Origin: Pseudomonadales bacterium
GTDB taxonomy: Bacteria; Pseudomonadota; Gammaproteobacteria; Pseudomonadales; Azotimanducaceae
DNA: 34,324 nucleotides
Assembly: GCA_020443245.1 (NCBI GenBank)
Contig: JAGRIN010000001.1
Coordinates: 1 to 34,324, forward strand
Direction of reading: 5' to 3'
Shown: piece after piece, positions 27,327-34,324 of the stretch
Layout: each line of letters starts with the position of its first letter
Numbering within the stretch: the first letter of the stretch is position 1
Program-made: the position numbers and the translations under genes
The notes under the pieces: generated by a model
Told to the model about the DNA's origin: nothing
Seen by the model: the letters and a program-made list of their open reading frames with translations, nothing else
Database searches by the model: none

Positions 27327-27884
27327 ATGTATGACTCGCCGGACGAAACATTGATCGAGGCGACGCTCGCCGGACAGGACCGTGCCTATGAGGTCCTGGT
27401 GCAGCGTTACCAGGATATGGTTGCCCGTTTCGTGTTCAGGATCGTCCCGGCGGCCCAGGACCGGGAAGAGGTTTGCCAGGATGTATTTTTCAAGGCCTAC
27501 ACGCGGCTCGGCAGTTTCAAGTTTGACGCAAAATTCAGCACGTGGCTCTACAGCATCGCGTACCGTACCGCGATATCCCACCTGCGTCGTCGGCGTCACG
27601 ACGTCGAGACGCTGGATGAAGAGCCACCGGGCGAGGCCTCGCTTGAACGAGACAGGTCAGCGGCAGAAATTGCAGCGGTCGTCAACGCGGAGCTGGCACG
27701 CCTGCCGGTCGAAGAGCGCGGCATGGTGACGCTTTATCACTTGCAGGGTTGCGGAATCGAGGAGATCTCGCAGATCATGGACAAGCCGCCGGGGACGATC
27801 AAGAGTATCCTGTTTCGCGTGCGGAAGAAGTTGAAGGACAGGATCGAGCCCCTCGTGGGGGTGGAGGCTGGTGCAGATGAATGA
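27327..27884 (+). CDS. ECF-type RNA polymerase sigma-70 family factor
   Basis: Region 2 (YEVLVQRYQDMVARFVFRIV...EEVCQDVFFKAY, FSTWLYSIAYRTAISHLRRR) and region 4 HTH (MVTLYHLQGCGIEEISQIMDKPPGTIKSILFRVRKKL). The ORF is open from ATG 27291; 27327 gives a typical ECF N-terminus. Confidence 0.85.
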   Translation: MYDSPDETLIEATLAGQDRAYEVLVQRYQDMVARFVFRIVPAAQDREEVCQDVFFKAYTRLGSFKFDAKFSTWLYSIAYRTAISHLRRRRHDVETLDEEPPGEASLERDRSAAEIAAVVNAELARLPVEERGMVTLYHLQGCGIEEISQIMDKPPGTIKSILFRVRKKLKDRIEPLVGVEAGADE

Positions 27885-28338
27885 AGACAGATCTGGCGAT
27901 GCGGATATCCGTGCCCAGGAAAGCCTGGATCGCGGCGAGAATCCCGGCTTTGAGGGAGACGATGGCAGGACCGTGCGGGCCTACGTTGCCCTTTACGATG
28001 TGCTCTCGACGTCGGCGGCTAGCCTGGGCGCCGGGTTCAGCGCGCGCGTCATGAGGCGAATTGTCGAACAGCGCATCGCAAGCCATGCCTCCGAGTCGCT
28101 TCTGGTCGCGCTCCTGGTTTGCTTGCCGACGCTTGTCGCGGGCATCGTGACGATCAATGTCGTGCCGGCTTTCGGCAAAGTGGTCCAGGTCGATTGGGTG
28201 ATCAAGCTGTGGAGCCAGGGGTTGGCGGGACCGCTGCTGTTCGCGGTGATCTGTGGTTGCGGGATGCTTGCTTTCGACCTCGTGCTGGCACGTCGCACGC
28301 GACCGAACGAAAACTTCAGCGCTGGATATCCTCGGTAA
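27877..28338 (+). CDS. Putative membrane anti-sigma factor / sigma-associated membrane protein
   Basis: ATG 27877 lies 9 nt after GGAGG and overlaps the sigma stop by 8 nt. Cytoplasmic N-terminal segment, then two hydrophobic helices ([44 protein letters not shown]). No HxxxCxxC zinc motif, so the assignment rests on position. Confidence 0.5.
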   Translation: MNEDRSGDADIRAQESLDRGENPGFEGDDGRTVRAYVALYDVLSTSAASLGAGFSARVMRRIVEQRIASHASESLLVALLVCLPTLVAGIVTINVVPAFGKVVQVDWVIKLWSQGLAGPLLFAVICGCGMLAFDLVLARRTRPNENFSAGYPR

Positions 28339-28648
28339 GCACGGCGGTCCCGGATACGCTGACCATCATCATGCCGTTGGTCTGGCCAAAACTCTCATAG
28401 TCGATGTCGATGCCCACGACGGCGTTGGCGCCGAGTTCCTGTGCCCAGTCTTCCATGTCGTCGAGTGCAATTTCGCGCGCCTTGCCCAGTTCGCGCTCAT
28501 AGGCGGCAGAGCGTCCACCGACAATATCACGCACGGCGGCGAACATATCGCGGAAGATATTGGCGCCCAGTATCGCTTCGCCGGTGACGATGCCGAGATA
28601 CTTGACGATGCGCTTGCCCTCGATCGTTGAAGTGGTGGTCACAATCAT
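28316..28648 (-). CDS. ybjQ: YbjQ / UPF0145 family protein
   Basis: 110 aa. [33 protein letters not shown]...[12 protein letters not shown]...[14 protein letters not shown] matches the UPF0145 pattern along its full length. Confidence 0.85.
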   Translation of the reverse strand: MIVTTTSTIEGKRIVKYLGIVTGEAILGANIFRDMFAAVRDIVGGRSAAYERELGKAREIALDDMEDWAQELGANAVVGIDIDYESFGQTNGMMMVSVSGTAVLTEDIQR

Positions 28649-28710
28649 CGCGTGGTCTCCGTGAAGGACGGATTCATCTTAACATCGAAGCGCGGCCAGT
28701 CGTCTTGTGT

Positions 28711-29286
28711 TCAGCGCCTGACGATCAGGATCTCTCCGGAGGCATGAACCGGTCGAGTCAGCCACTTCTCTTCGACGTGAACGTTGTCGCCGTATTTCTT
28801 CCTGCATTTCTCAACCAGTGCGCCGAAGGGCGGGCGACATGGATCGGCGATCATGACTGTCGATACACCTGCCTTGAATGCACGACCGATCAGGTTATAG
28901 AGCAGGCCGGTCATCTCGTCCCAGAAGCAAATGTCCGCACCGAGGATGACGTCATATTGTTTCAGCTTTTCGACGGTGAGTTGCTGGAACGACATTTTGA
29001 GACCGGTCACCTTCACGTCGTTCACGTCGGCATGAAGCGCCATGTATGGCAATACATTTTCATCGGCATCGATGCCGGTAACACGGGCATCGAATTCGCG
29101 CGCACAGTAGATGCCGAGCAGCCCCCATCCGCAACCGATTTCCAGCACACGGACGCGCTTTCTGAGCGGATTCTTCTTGAGGTAGTCCATGACGAGAAAG
29201 CTCGAGTTCCAGAACTTGTTGCCGTGGATCTCGGCGACATTGCCTTCCCGCTTGAGACGTCGGATCTCGGGGTGGTTTGAGTTCAT
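28711..29286 (-). CDS. Class I SAM-dependent methyltransferase (small, PrmA/Methyltransf_16-like)
   Basis: ATG 29286 (MNSNHPEIRRLK). SAM motif I VLEIGCGWGLLGIYCA, then acidic VTGIDAD, and post-motif DVILGADICFWD. Confidence 0.8.
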   Translation of the reverse strand: MNSNHPEIRRLKREGNVAEIHGNKFWNSSFLVMDYLKKNPLRKRVRVLEIGCGWGLLGIYCAREFDARVTGIDADENVLPYMALHADVNDVKVTGLKMSFQQLTVEKLKQYDVILGADICFWDEMTGLLYNLIGRAFKAGVSTVMIADPCRPPFGALVEKCRKKYGDNVHVEEKWLTRPVHASGEILIVRR

Positions 29287-29383
29287 GATCCTGACGCCGT
29301 AGGCGCGCCGCATCGTCGGTCTCGTTGCCATGCGCAATTTGCCCTTTGAAAAAAGCGGCTATTCTAGCAGCTTATCCGGGTGG

Positions 29384-30223
29384 TTAGGGAACGAATCTGT
29401 CGCGGCCGGGAACGTAATGACCAAACGATTGGGCCGGATTGCGGTTGGTGAGGTGTCTTGCGTACATCGGGTGGTAGAGGCTGCGCACTTCGTGTTCGAG
29501 TTCATAAAGTGTATCGCCGGTCGCCGGATCGAAGATGGATGTGAAGCGATACTGGTGCTCGTCCGACTCTTCGGTGATGAGCCCGCGCGCGGACAACTCA
29601 CGATGGGGTGCGGAAAAATCTGTGACGTAAACGGCGATGTGATGGCCGTCGTAATCGGGTAATCGGCTGGTCGTTTCGTGAAACCTGAGGGACTGTCCAC
29701 GACCGACGGCGACTTCACACGTGTTGCGCTTGACGATGGCGGGTGCGCCGATGACGTCATTGTAGAACCTTGCGATTCCTTGGGCTGACCCGCGGGGTAC
29801 GTCGAACTCGACGTAGGCAATCCCGAGCGGCATGCGATACTTGCCGGGTTCGAAACAGCGGATTCGGTTTCCCCAGGGGCAGGTCACTTCGAGGTGTCGG
29901 GGCGAGCGCGTCCAGGAGAACCGGGTGCCTTCCAGTCGTCTCGCGACGCGGCCGAGGCGTTCCTGGAGGTCGTCCAGACTGCCTGCAACCACGCCCACAT
30001 GGCCGCGCAGCACCTGTGGTGCGGCGGTCGGCAGGTGAAACTGTTGCTCGCCGCAGTTGACCCAGACATTGAAAGGTCCGAAGTCCACGAACGGGTCACG
30101 GGTCAGGCCCAGTCCGGTTACATAGAAGAATGTCGCAATGCCCTGGTCCGGGACTGTCACGTTGACGTGTTCCAACAGGATGATATTGCCGACATCTTCA
30201 CGTGCACGGTTATACGATTTCAT
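29384..30223 (-). CDS. Two-module VOC (glyoxalase/extradiol dioxygenase-fold)-like protein, function unknown
   Basis: 279 aa. Two beta-alpha-beta-beta-beta-like modules begin at LLEHVNVTVPDQGIATFFYVTGLGL and IAYVEFDVPRGSAQGIARFYNDVIG. Candidate metal ligands are H (EHVN), H (GHHIAVYV) and E (YELEHEV). The start ATG overlaps the upstream stop (ATGA). Confidence 0.65.
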   Translation of the reverse strand: MKSYNRAREDVGNIILLEHVNVTVPDQGIATFFYVTGLGLTRDPFVDFGPFNVWVNCGEQQFHLPTAAPQVLRGHVGVVAGSLDDLQERLGRVARRLEGTRFSWTRSPRHLEVTCPWGNRIRCFEPGKYRMPLGIAYVEFDVPRGSAQGIARFYNDVIGAPAIVKRNTCEVAVGRGQSLRFHETTSRLPDYDGHHIAVYVTDFSAPHRELSARGLITEESDEHQYRFTSIFDPATGDTLYELEHEVRSLYHPMYARHLTNRNPAQSFGHYVPGRDRFVP

Positions 30224-32361
30224 GGTTCATTCCTCATCGCGGCTTGCCTGAGTGCATCGGGGGTGAACGGGATCCGGCGCAGGCGTACGCCGGTCGCATT
30301 GAAGATCGCATTGGCAATCGCCGCGGGCGTCGGTCCCTGCGTCGCCTCGCCAGCGCCGAGACTGGGAGACCCGGGGCGGTCGAGCACGGCGACATCGACT
30401 TCCGGCACTTCAGAGAAGCGCAGGATGGGGTAAGTTTCCCAATCGACCGAAGTGGTCGCCTCGTCGTCGAACGTCACGGCTTCCTTCAGCGTCCAACTCG
30501 CAGCCTGCAAGACCCCTCCCTCCAGTTGGTTGGCAAGGCCGTCACGATCGATGACCTGGCCCGCGTCGGCCGCGATTGCGCCGTGTAGCAGGGTGGTGCG
30601 TAGCGTTTCTTCGTTTACGGCAAGGCAGATGACGACCGCGGCGTAGGTTTGCCGATTCTTGTAACGGGCGAATGCGAGTCCCCGGCCGATGCGCGCGTTC
30701 GGCATATCCGGCGGCTCGAATGCCGCAGAGAGACTCACCGCTGTGCGGATGACTTCCTCGGCTCGATTGTCGGCGAGATGGGCGAGGCGGAAATCGACCG
30801 GATCGATACCTGCGGCATGCGCCAGTTCGTCCATGAAGCTCTCGATTGCGAAAACGTTGCCGAAGGCGCCCAGTCCTCGCGTCGAGGAGGTGCGCACGCC
30901 CTGGTCGCGGACAAGGTGTTTGATGATCCGGCGAGACGGTAACGAATAGTAAGGATCGGCATTGCGGTGAATGCCGCTGTGATTGCCCAGCCCGGGCCGT
31001 GATTCTGCACGTGCCAAAGGTGACGATTTGTGCCAGGCGGCGATCAGGTTCGATACGCTACGGTGGGGCATGGGGCGACCCGAGTGGGTCTGGCTGTAAA
31101 TGTCGGCGTTCCAGTGCGTGATGCGATCGGCTGAGAGACTTGCCTCCATCTGCATGACCATCGCGGGACTGTACGGCTCGTAGCGGTGTTCGTCCTCTCG
31201 TTCCCACTTGAGCAGGATGGTGCGGCCAGGTGTCGCGATCGCGAGCATGGCCGCATCCATCGCCGCGTCGTCCGCGCCGTTGTGTCCGTAACAACCGGCG
31301 TTGCCCACATGCCGGACGGATATGTCACCGGGTGACATATCCAGTGCGGCCGCGATCGAGTCGCGTATCACCGACGGGCCCTGGCTGTGGCTCTTGATCC
31401 GAAGTTTTCCTTGCGTGAACGTTGCAACGGCCGCGGACGGTCCGATCGACCCATGCATGTGGTATGGCTTGAAGTACGTTGCGCGGAGCGTGTTTTCCCC
31501 GGTCTCGCGAGGCGGAAGCGGACCCGGTACCGGCGTCCCGTCGACAACCAGCAGGTGGTCATCGGCGTTCGATTGCAGGAAGGAGACAGGGTCAGGTGAC
31601 GGTGCAGCGCCCTGGCGTTTCCATTGCGCGTCACGCGCCAGCAGTGCGCGTGCGCGTGATGCGGTGAATTCGTCTACCGCCACAACGCCGACGAATCCGC
31701 CGTCGACCACGACGTTTACGATGCCGGGTAACCGACTGGCCCGAACCGTGTCGATGCCGGCAAGCATGTGATTGACCGACGGGCCTCTTACGATCCTGCC
31801 GTGCAACAATCCGTCGCGTGGCTCATCCTGGATGAACGCACGCCGGCCGGTGAACCTGTCGCGGAGGTCGATGCGCGTCGTCGTGCGACCGATCAACCGA
31901 TAGCTCTCGAAAGGCCTTGGCGTGGCCCGGCCGGTTGCGTCAACGCCGAACGGCGATTCTCCTGCAAGCTCGAACCAACTGGCTGAATGGTTGGTCTTCG
32001 TGTGGCGGACGATGCCATCGACGATGGAAAGTTCGTGTAGCGGAACGCCGAGTCGTTCGGCCGCGCGAGCCATCAGCAGTGCACGAACTTCTGCACAGAC
32101 CTGGCGAACGGCCGCGCCACTGGTTTCTATCGACATGCTGCCCGCGGTCAGGAACTCGTTGGGACCCTCTGCCGTGTTGCCGGTCCTCACCTGGATCTGC
32201 TCGACGCTGACCTCGAGTTCCTCGGCTGCAATCATCGCAATTGCGGTGGCAATGCCCTGGCCCAGCTCGACTTTGCCGGTGCGAACGATGATCCTCTCGC
32301 GCTCAAACTGAATCCAGTCGTCTAGGCGAGGATTGCGTTCGAGGGATTCAGGCAGGGGCAT
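30220..32361 (-). CDS. Xanthine dehydrogenase/aldehyde oxidase family molybdopterin-binding subunit (no Tat signal)
   Basis: 713 aa from ATG 32361 (MPLPESLERNPRLDDWIQF), 1 nt after the small-subunit stop. GKVELGQGIATAIAMIAAEELEV, and C-terminal LGAGEATQGPTPAAIANAIFNATG. The 65-codon upstream extension in the track overlaps the small-subunit gene and is rejected. Confidence 0.9.
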   Translation of the reverse strand: MPLPESLERNPRLDDWIQFERERIIVRTGKVELGQGIATAIAMIAAEELEVSVEQIQVRTGNTAEGPNEFLTAGSMSIETSGAAVRQVCAEVRALLMARAAERLGVPLHELSIVDGIVRHTKTNHSASWFELAGESPFGVDATGRATPRPFESYRLIGRTTTRIDLRDRFTGRRAFIQDEPRDGLLHGRIVRGPSVNHMLAGIDTVRASRLPGIVNVVVDGGFVGVVAVDEFTASRARALLARDAQWKRQGAAPSPDPVSFLQSNADDHLLVVDGTPVPGPLPPRETGENTLRATYFKPYHMHGSIGPSAAVATFTQGKLRIKSHSQGPSVIRDSIAAALDMSPGDISVRHVGNAGCYGHNGADDAAMDAAMLAIATPGRTILLKWEREDEHRYEPYSPAMVMQMEASLSADRITHWNADIYSQTHSGRPMPHRSVSNLIAAWHKSSPLARAESRPGLGNHSGIHRNADPYYSLPSRRIIKHLVRDQGVRTSSTRGLGAFGNVFAIESFMDELAHAAGIDPVDFRLAHLADNRAEEVIRTAVSLSAAFEPPDMPNARIGRGLAFARYKNRQTYAAVVICLAVNEETLRTTLLHGAIAADAGQVIDRDGLANQLEGGVLQAASWTLKEAVTFDDEATTSVDWETYPILRFSEVPEVDVAVLDRPGSPSLGAGEATQGPTPAAIANAIFNATGVRLRRIPFTPDALRQAAMRNEP

Positions 32362-32362
32362 A

Positions 32363-32824
32363 TCAGGGCTTTTCTGGCGAGGAGACGGACAGTACTGCCT
32401 TGATGACGCGGTTGTGGGCGCCGCAGCGACAGAGGTGTCCGTCCAGCGCGCGCATGACCTCGGCGCGAGTCGGCGTCGGGTTGGCGGCGAGCAGGCTGGC
32501 AGCTTCCACGAGGATGCCGCTCGAGCAATATCCGCATTGCGCTGCATTGTGGGCAAGGAATGCTTCGATGAGGGGATGACCGTCCCGGGCGAGTCCTTCC
32601 ACGGTAACGACGCTTGCAGCGGCGAGTTGGTCGATCGGAACTGTGCAGGCGTGCCTGGGTTCGCCGTTCACGAGAACAGTGCAGGCGCCGCATTGTTCCG
32701 CGCCACATCCGTATCGGGGACCGTCAAGCCCGATCATGTTGCGCAGCACATAAAGGAGCGGTGTTGCCTCGTCAGCTTCGACGCGATGGGGAACGCCGTT
32801 CACGGTCAGGGAGAATTGCGCCAT
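32363..32824 (-). CDS. (2Fe-2S)-binding small subunit of Mo-hydroxylase
   Basis: 153 aa. MAQFSLTVNG..., YGCGAEQCGACTVLVNG..C, and CGYCSSGILV...LCRCGAH. Confidence 0.9.
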   Translation of the reverse strand: MAQFSLTVNGVPHRVEADEATPLLYVLRNMIGLDGPRYGCGAEQCGACTVLVNGEPRHACTVPIDQLAAASVVTVEGLARDGHPLIEAFLAHNAAQCGYCSSGILVEAASLLAANPTPTRAEVMRALDGHLCRCGAHNRVIKAVLSVSSPEKP

Positions 32825-32937
32825 GCCTTGATGCTACTTCGACGCCCGCGGTCGATCAATGCTCGTCGTTGTGTTCGACCGACGTCTCACGGCTTTGTGT
32901 TACCCTCAGGCGACTGCTACCACTACAACAACTGATC

Positions 32938-34324
32938 ATGGCTCAATACCCTTTCACAGATTTCGAGACAGTGTGTCAGGCCGCACAACAGGGCATGGCA
33001 CTGGCGATTTACGCGCGCGATACGCCGGACCGGGTGGCGGTTGACTCCAGGTTCGGGCAGCGGACATTTGGTGAACTCAATGCGCGGGCCAACCAACTGG
33101 TGAGGGCGTGGCGACGCGCCGGCATACGCTCGGGCGATTCGGTCGCGCTCCTGATGGGCAATCGTCCGGAATTCGTTGAGGTCTACAAGGCCAGTCTGCG
33201 TTCCGGTGTCCGACTCACGCCGATCAACTGGCATCTCTCCGGCGAGGAAGTCGCCTATATCGTGGAGAACTGTGAAGCGAAGGTGTTTCTGACCGAGCGC
33301 CGGTATCGTGAAGCGGCCGCATTCGCGCGGGAAGCGATCGGTGAGGGCCTGGTTGCGGTCATGGTCGACGGCGCGGATGAGCCCGGGTTCATCGATTACG
33401 ATGAATTCGTGGGCGTACAGGATGCCTCGGATATCGACGACCCTGAGTTCGGCCGTTATATGCTGTACACGTCCGGTACGACCGGTCGACCGAAAGGTGT
33501 CTGGCGGCGGGATCGCCAGCCGATGCTGCCGGCATGGGAAACCGGTGCCGCGCCGATGGAACCGCTTGGTGACTGTACGCTTTTGACAGGACCCGCCTAT
33601 CATGCTGCACCCCTTATGAGTGTCGTCAGGAGCCTGGTCTCGGGCGTGCCGGTCGTCATGATGGACAAGTGGGACCCCGAAGAGACGTTGGCGCTCATCC
33701 AGCAACACGGCGTGACACATACGCATATGGTCGCAACGATGTTTCACCGCATGCTGCAGTTGCCGGCAGAGGTGCGCGAAAAGTACGATGTTTCCAGTTT
33801 GCGCAACGTGAATCATGGTGCGGCGCCGTGCCCGGTCCATGTGAAACAGGCGATCATCGAGTGGTTCGGGCCGGTGGTGAACGAATACTACGCCGCGACC
33901 GAGGGTGGCGGCGGCTTTACGGTGACGTCACAGGAGTGGCTGAAGAAGCCGGGAACCGTGGGCAAGCCTCCTGCCGGCTACGACAACCGGATACTCGACG
34001 AGGAAGGCAACGAACTCGGCCCGAACGAGGTGGGCACGATTTACATGAAGTCGACTGGTGACAAGTTCGAGTACTACAAGGATCCGGACAAGACCGCGTC
34101 GTCTTGGCGTGGTGACTTCTTTACGCTCGGGGACATGGGTTACTTTGACGAGGACGGCTATCTCTTCCTGACAGGGCGCACGGCCGAAGTCATCATATCC
34201 GGCGGCGTGAACATTTACCCGCAGGAAGTCGACAACGAGGTGATGAAGCATCCTGCGGTGCATGAGGTGTGCACGATCGGGGTTCCGAACGACGAGTGGG
34301 GTGAGGAAGTTCGAACCGTCGTCG
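32938..34324 (+). CDS. AMP-binding acyl-CoA synthetase, 3' end outside the window
   Basis: Absent from the track because there is no stop in the window. Translated by eye from ATG 32938: MAQYPFTDFETVCQAAQQGMALAIYARDTPDRVAVDS... In-frame AMP motif YMLYTSGTTGRPKGVW (about 33457-33504) and YYAATEGGG (about 33885-33911). Confidence 0.85.
   Translation, partial: MAQYPFTDFETVCQAAQQGMALAIYARDTPDRVAVDSRFGQRTFGELNARANQLVRAWRRAGIRSGDSVALLMGNRPEFVEVYKASLRSGVRLTPINWHLSGEEVAYIVENCEAKVFLTERRYREAAAFAREAIGEGLVAVMVDGADEPGFIDYDEFVGVQDASDIDDPEFGRYMLYTSGTTGRPKGVWRRDRQPMLPAWETGAAPMEPLGDCTLLTGPAYHAAPLMSVVRSLVSGVPVVMMDKWDPEETLALIQQHGVTHTHMVATMFHRMLQLPAEVREKYDVSSLRNVNHGAAPCPVHVKQAIIEWFGPVVNEYYAATEGGGGFTVTSQEWLKKPGTVGKPPAGYDNRILDEEGNELGPNEVGTIYMKSTGDKFEYYKDPDKTASSWRGDFFTLGDMGYFDEDGYLFLTGRTAEVIISGGVNIYPQEVDNEVMKHPAVHEVCTIGVPNDEWGEEVRTVV

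Noticed and set aside
1-34324. A search by eye for CRISPR arrays, tandem repeats, tRNA/rRNA genes, integrases, toxin-antitoxin pairs and phage genes.
   Set aside because: None were recognised. Intergenic regions are all 285 nt or shorter and none shows repeat-spacer periodicity or cloverleaf potential. The eye search is not exhaustive; tRNAscan-SE, Infernal and a repeat finder would be decisive.

Overview
GC-rich, densely coding bacterial chromosomal segment. Gene content suggests an environmental or marine proteobacterium, but the taxon cannot be proven from this window. I count about 33 protein genes. By eye I found no rRNA or tRNA, no CRISPR array, no integrase or transposase, and no clear island boundary.

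Content is mainly catabolic and redox:
- a homogentisate-dioxygenase-like fragment followed by acetoacetyl-CoA synthetase
- two separate IorAB-type molybdenum hydroxylase pairs ([2Fe-2S] subunit plus MoCo subunit)
- a GMC oxidoreductase
- three AMP-forming ligases
- a persulfide dioxygenase-rhodanese fusion
- patatin lipase, thymidine kinase, NUDIX and PaaI thioesterase
- several transporters (TSUP/TauE, two MFS, RarD)
- an orphan PAS hybrid histidine kinase and an ECF sigma module

I cannot point to an unequivocal new system. The best candidates for follow-up are:
1. An orphan DnaC/IstB/DnaA-clade AAA+ ATPase (11598-12683). It has a roughly 120-aa insert between Walker A and Walker B and an unassignable N-terminal domain. 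It is the last gene of a co-directional tdk / patatin / PDO-rhodanese / ATPase string.
2. A cytoplasmic two-subunit Mo-hydroxylase translationally coupled (ATGA overlap) to a two-module VOC-fold protein (29384-32824).
3. A TSUP transporter, then a twin-arginine-signal HisC-like PLP aminotransferase, then a 9-Cys zinc-ribbon protein with an acidic tail (2702-5254).
4. A 20% GC intergenic island with 11-bp phased CAATCTT repeats (18331-18410), lying between a secreted PHP phosphoesterase gene and a small secreted protein gene.

All family assignments are motif recognition by eye, with no searches run. Hand-derived coordinates such as alternative starts and hairpins may be off by a nucleotide or two.
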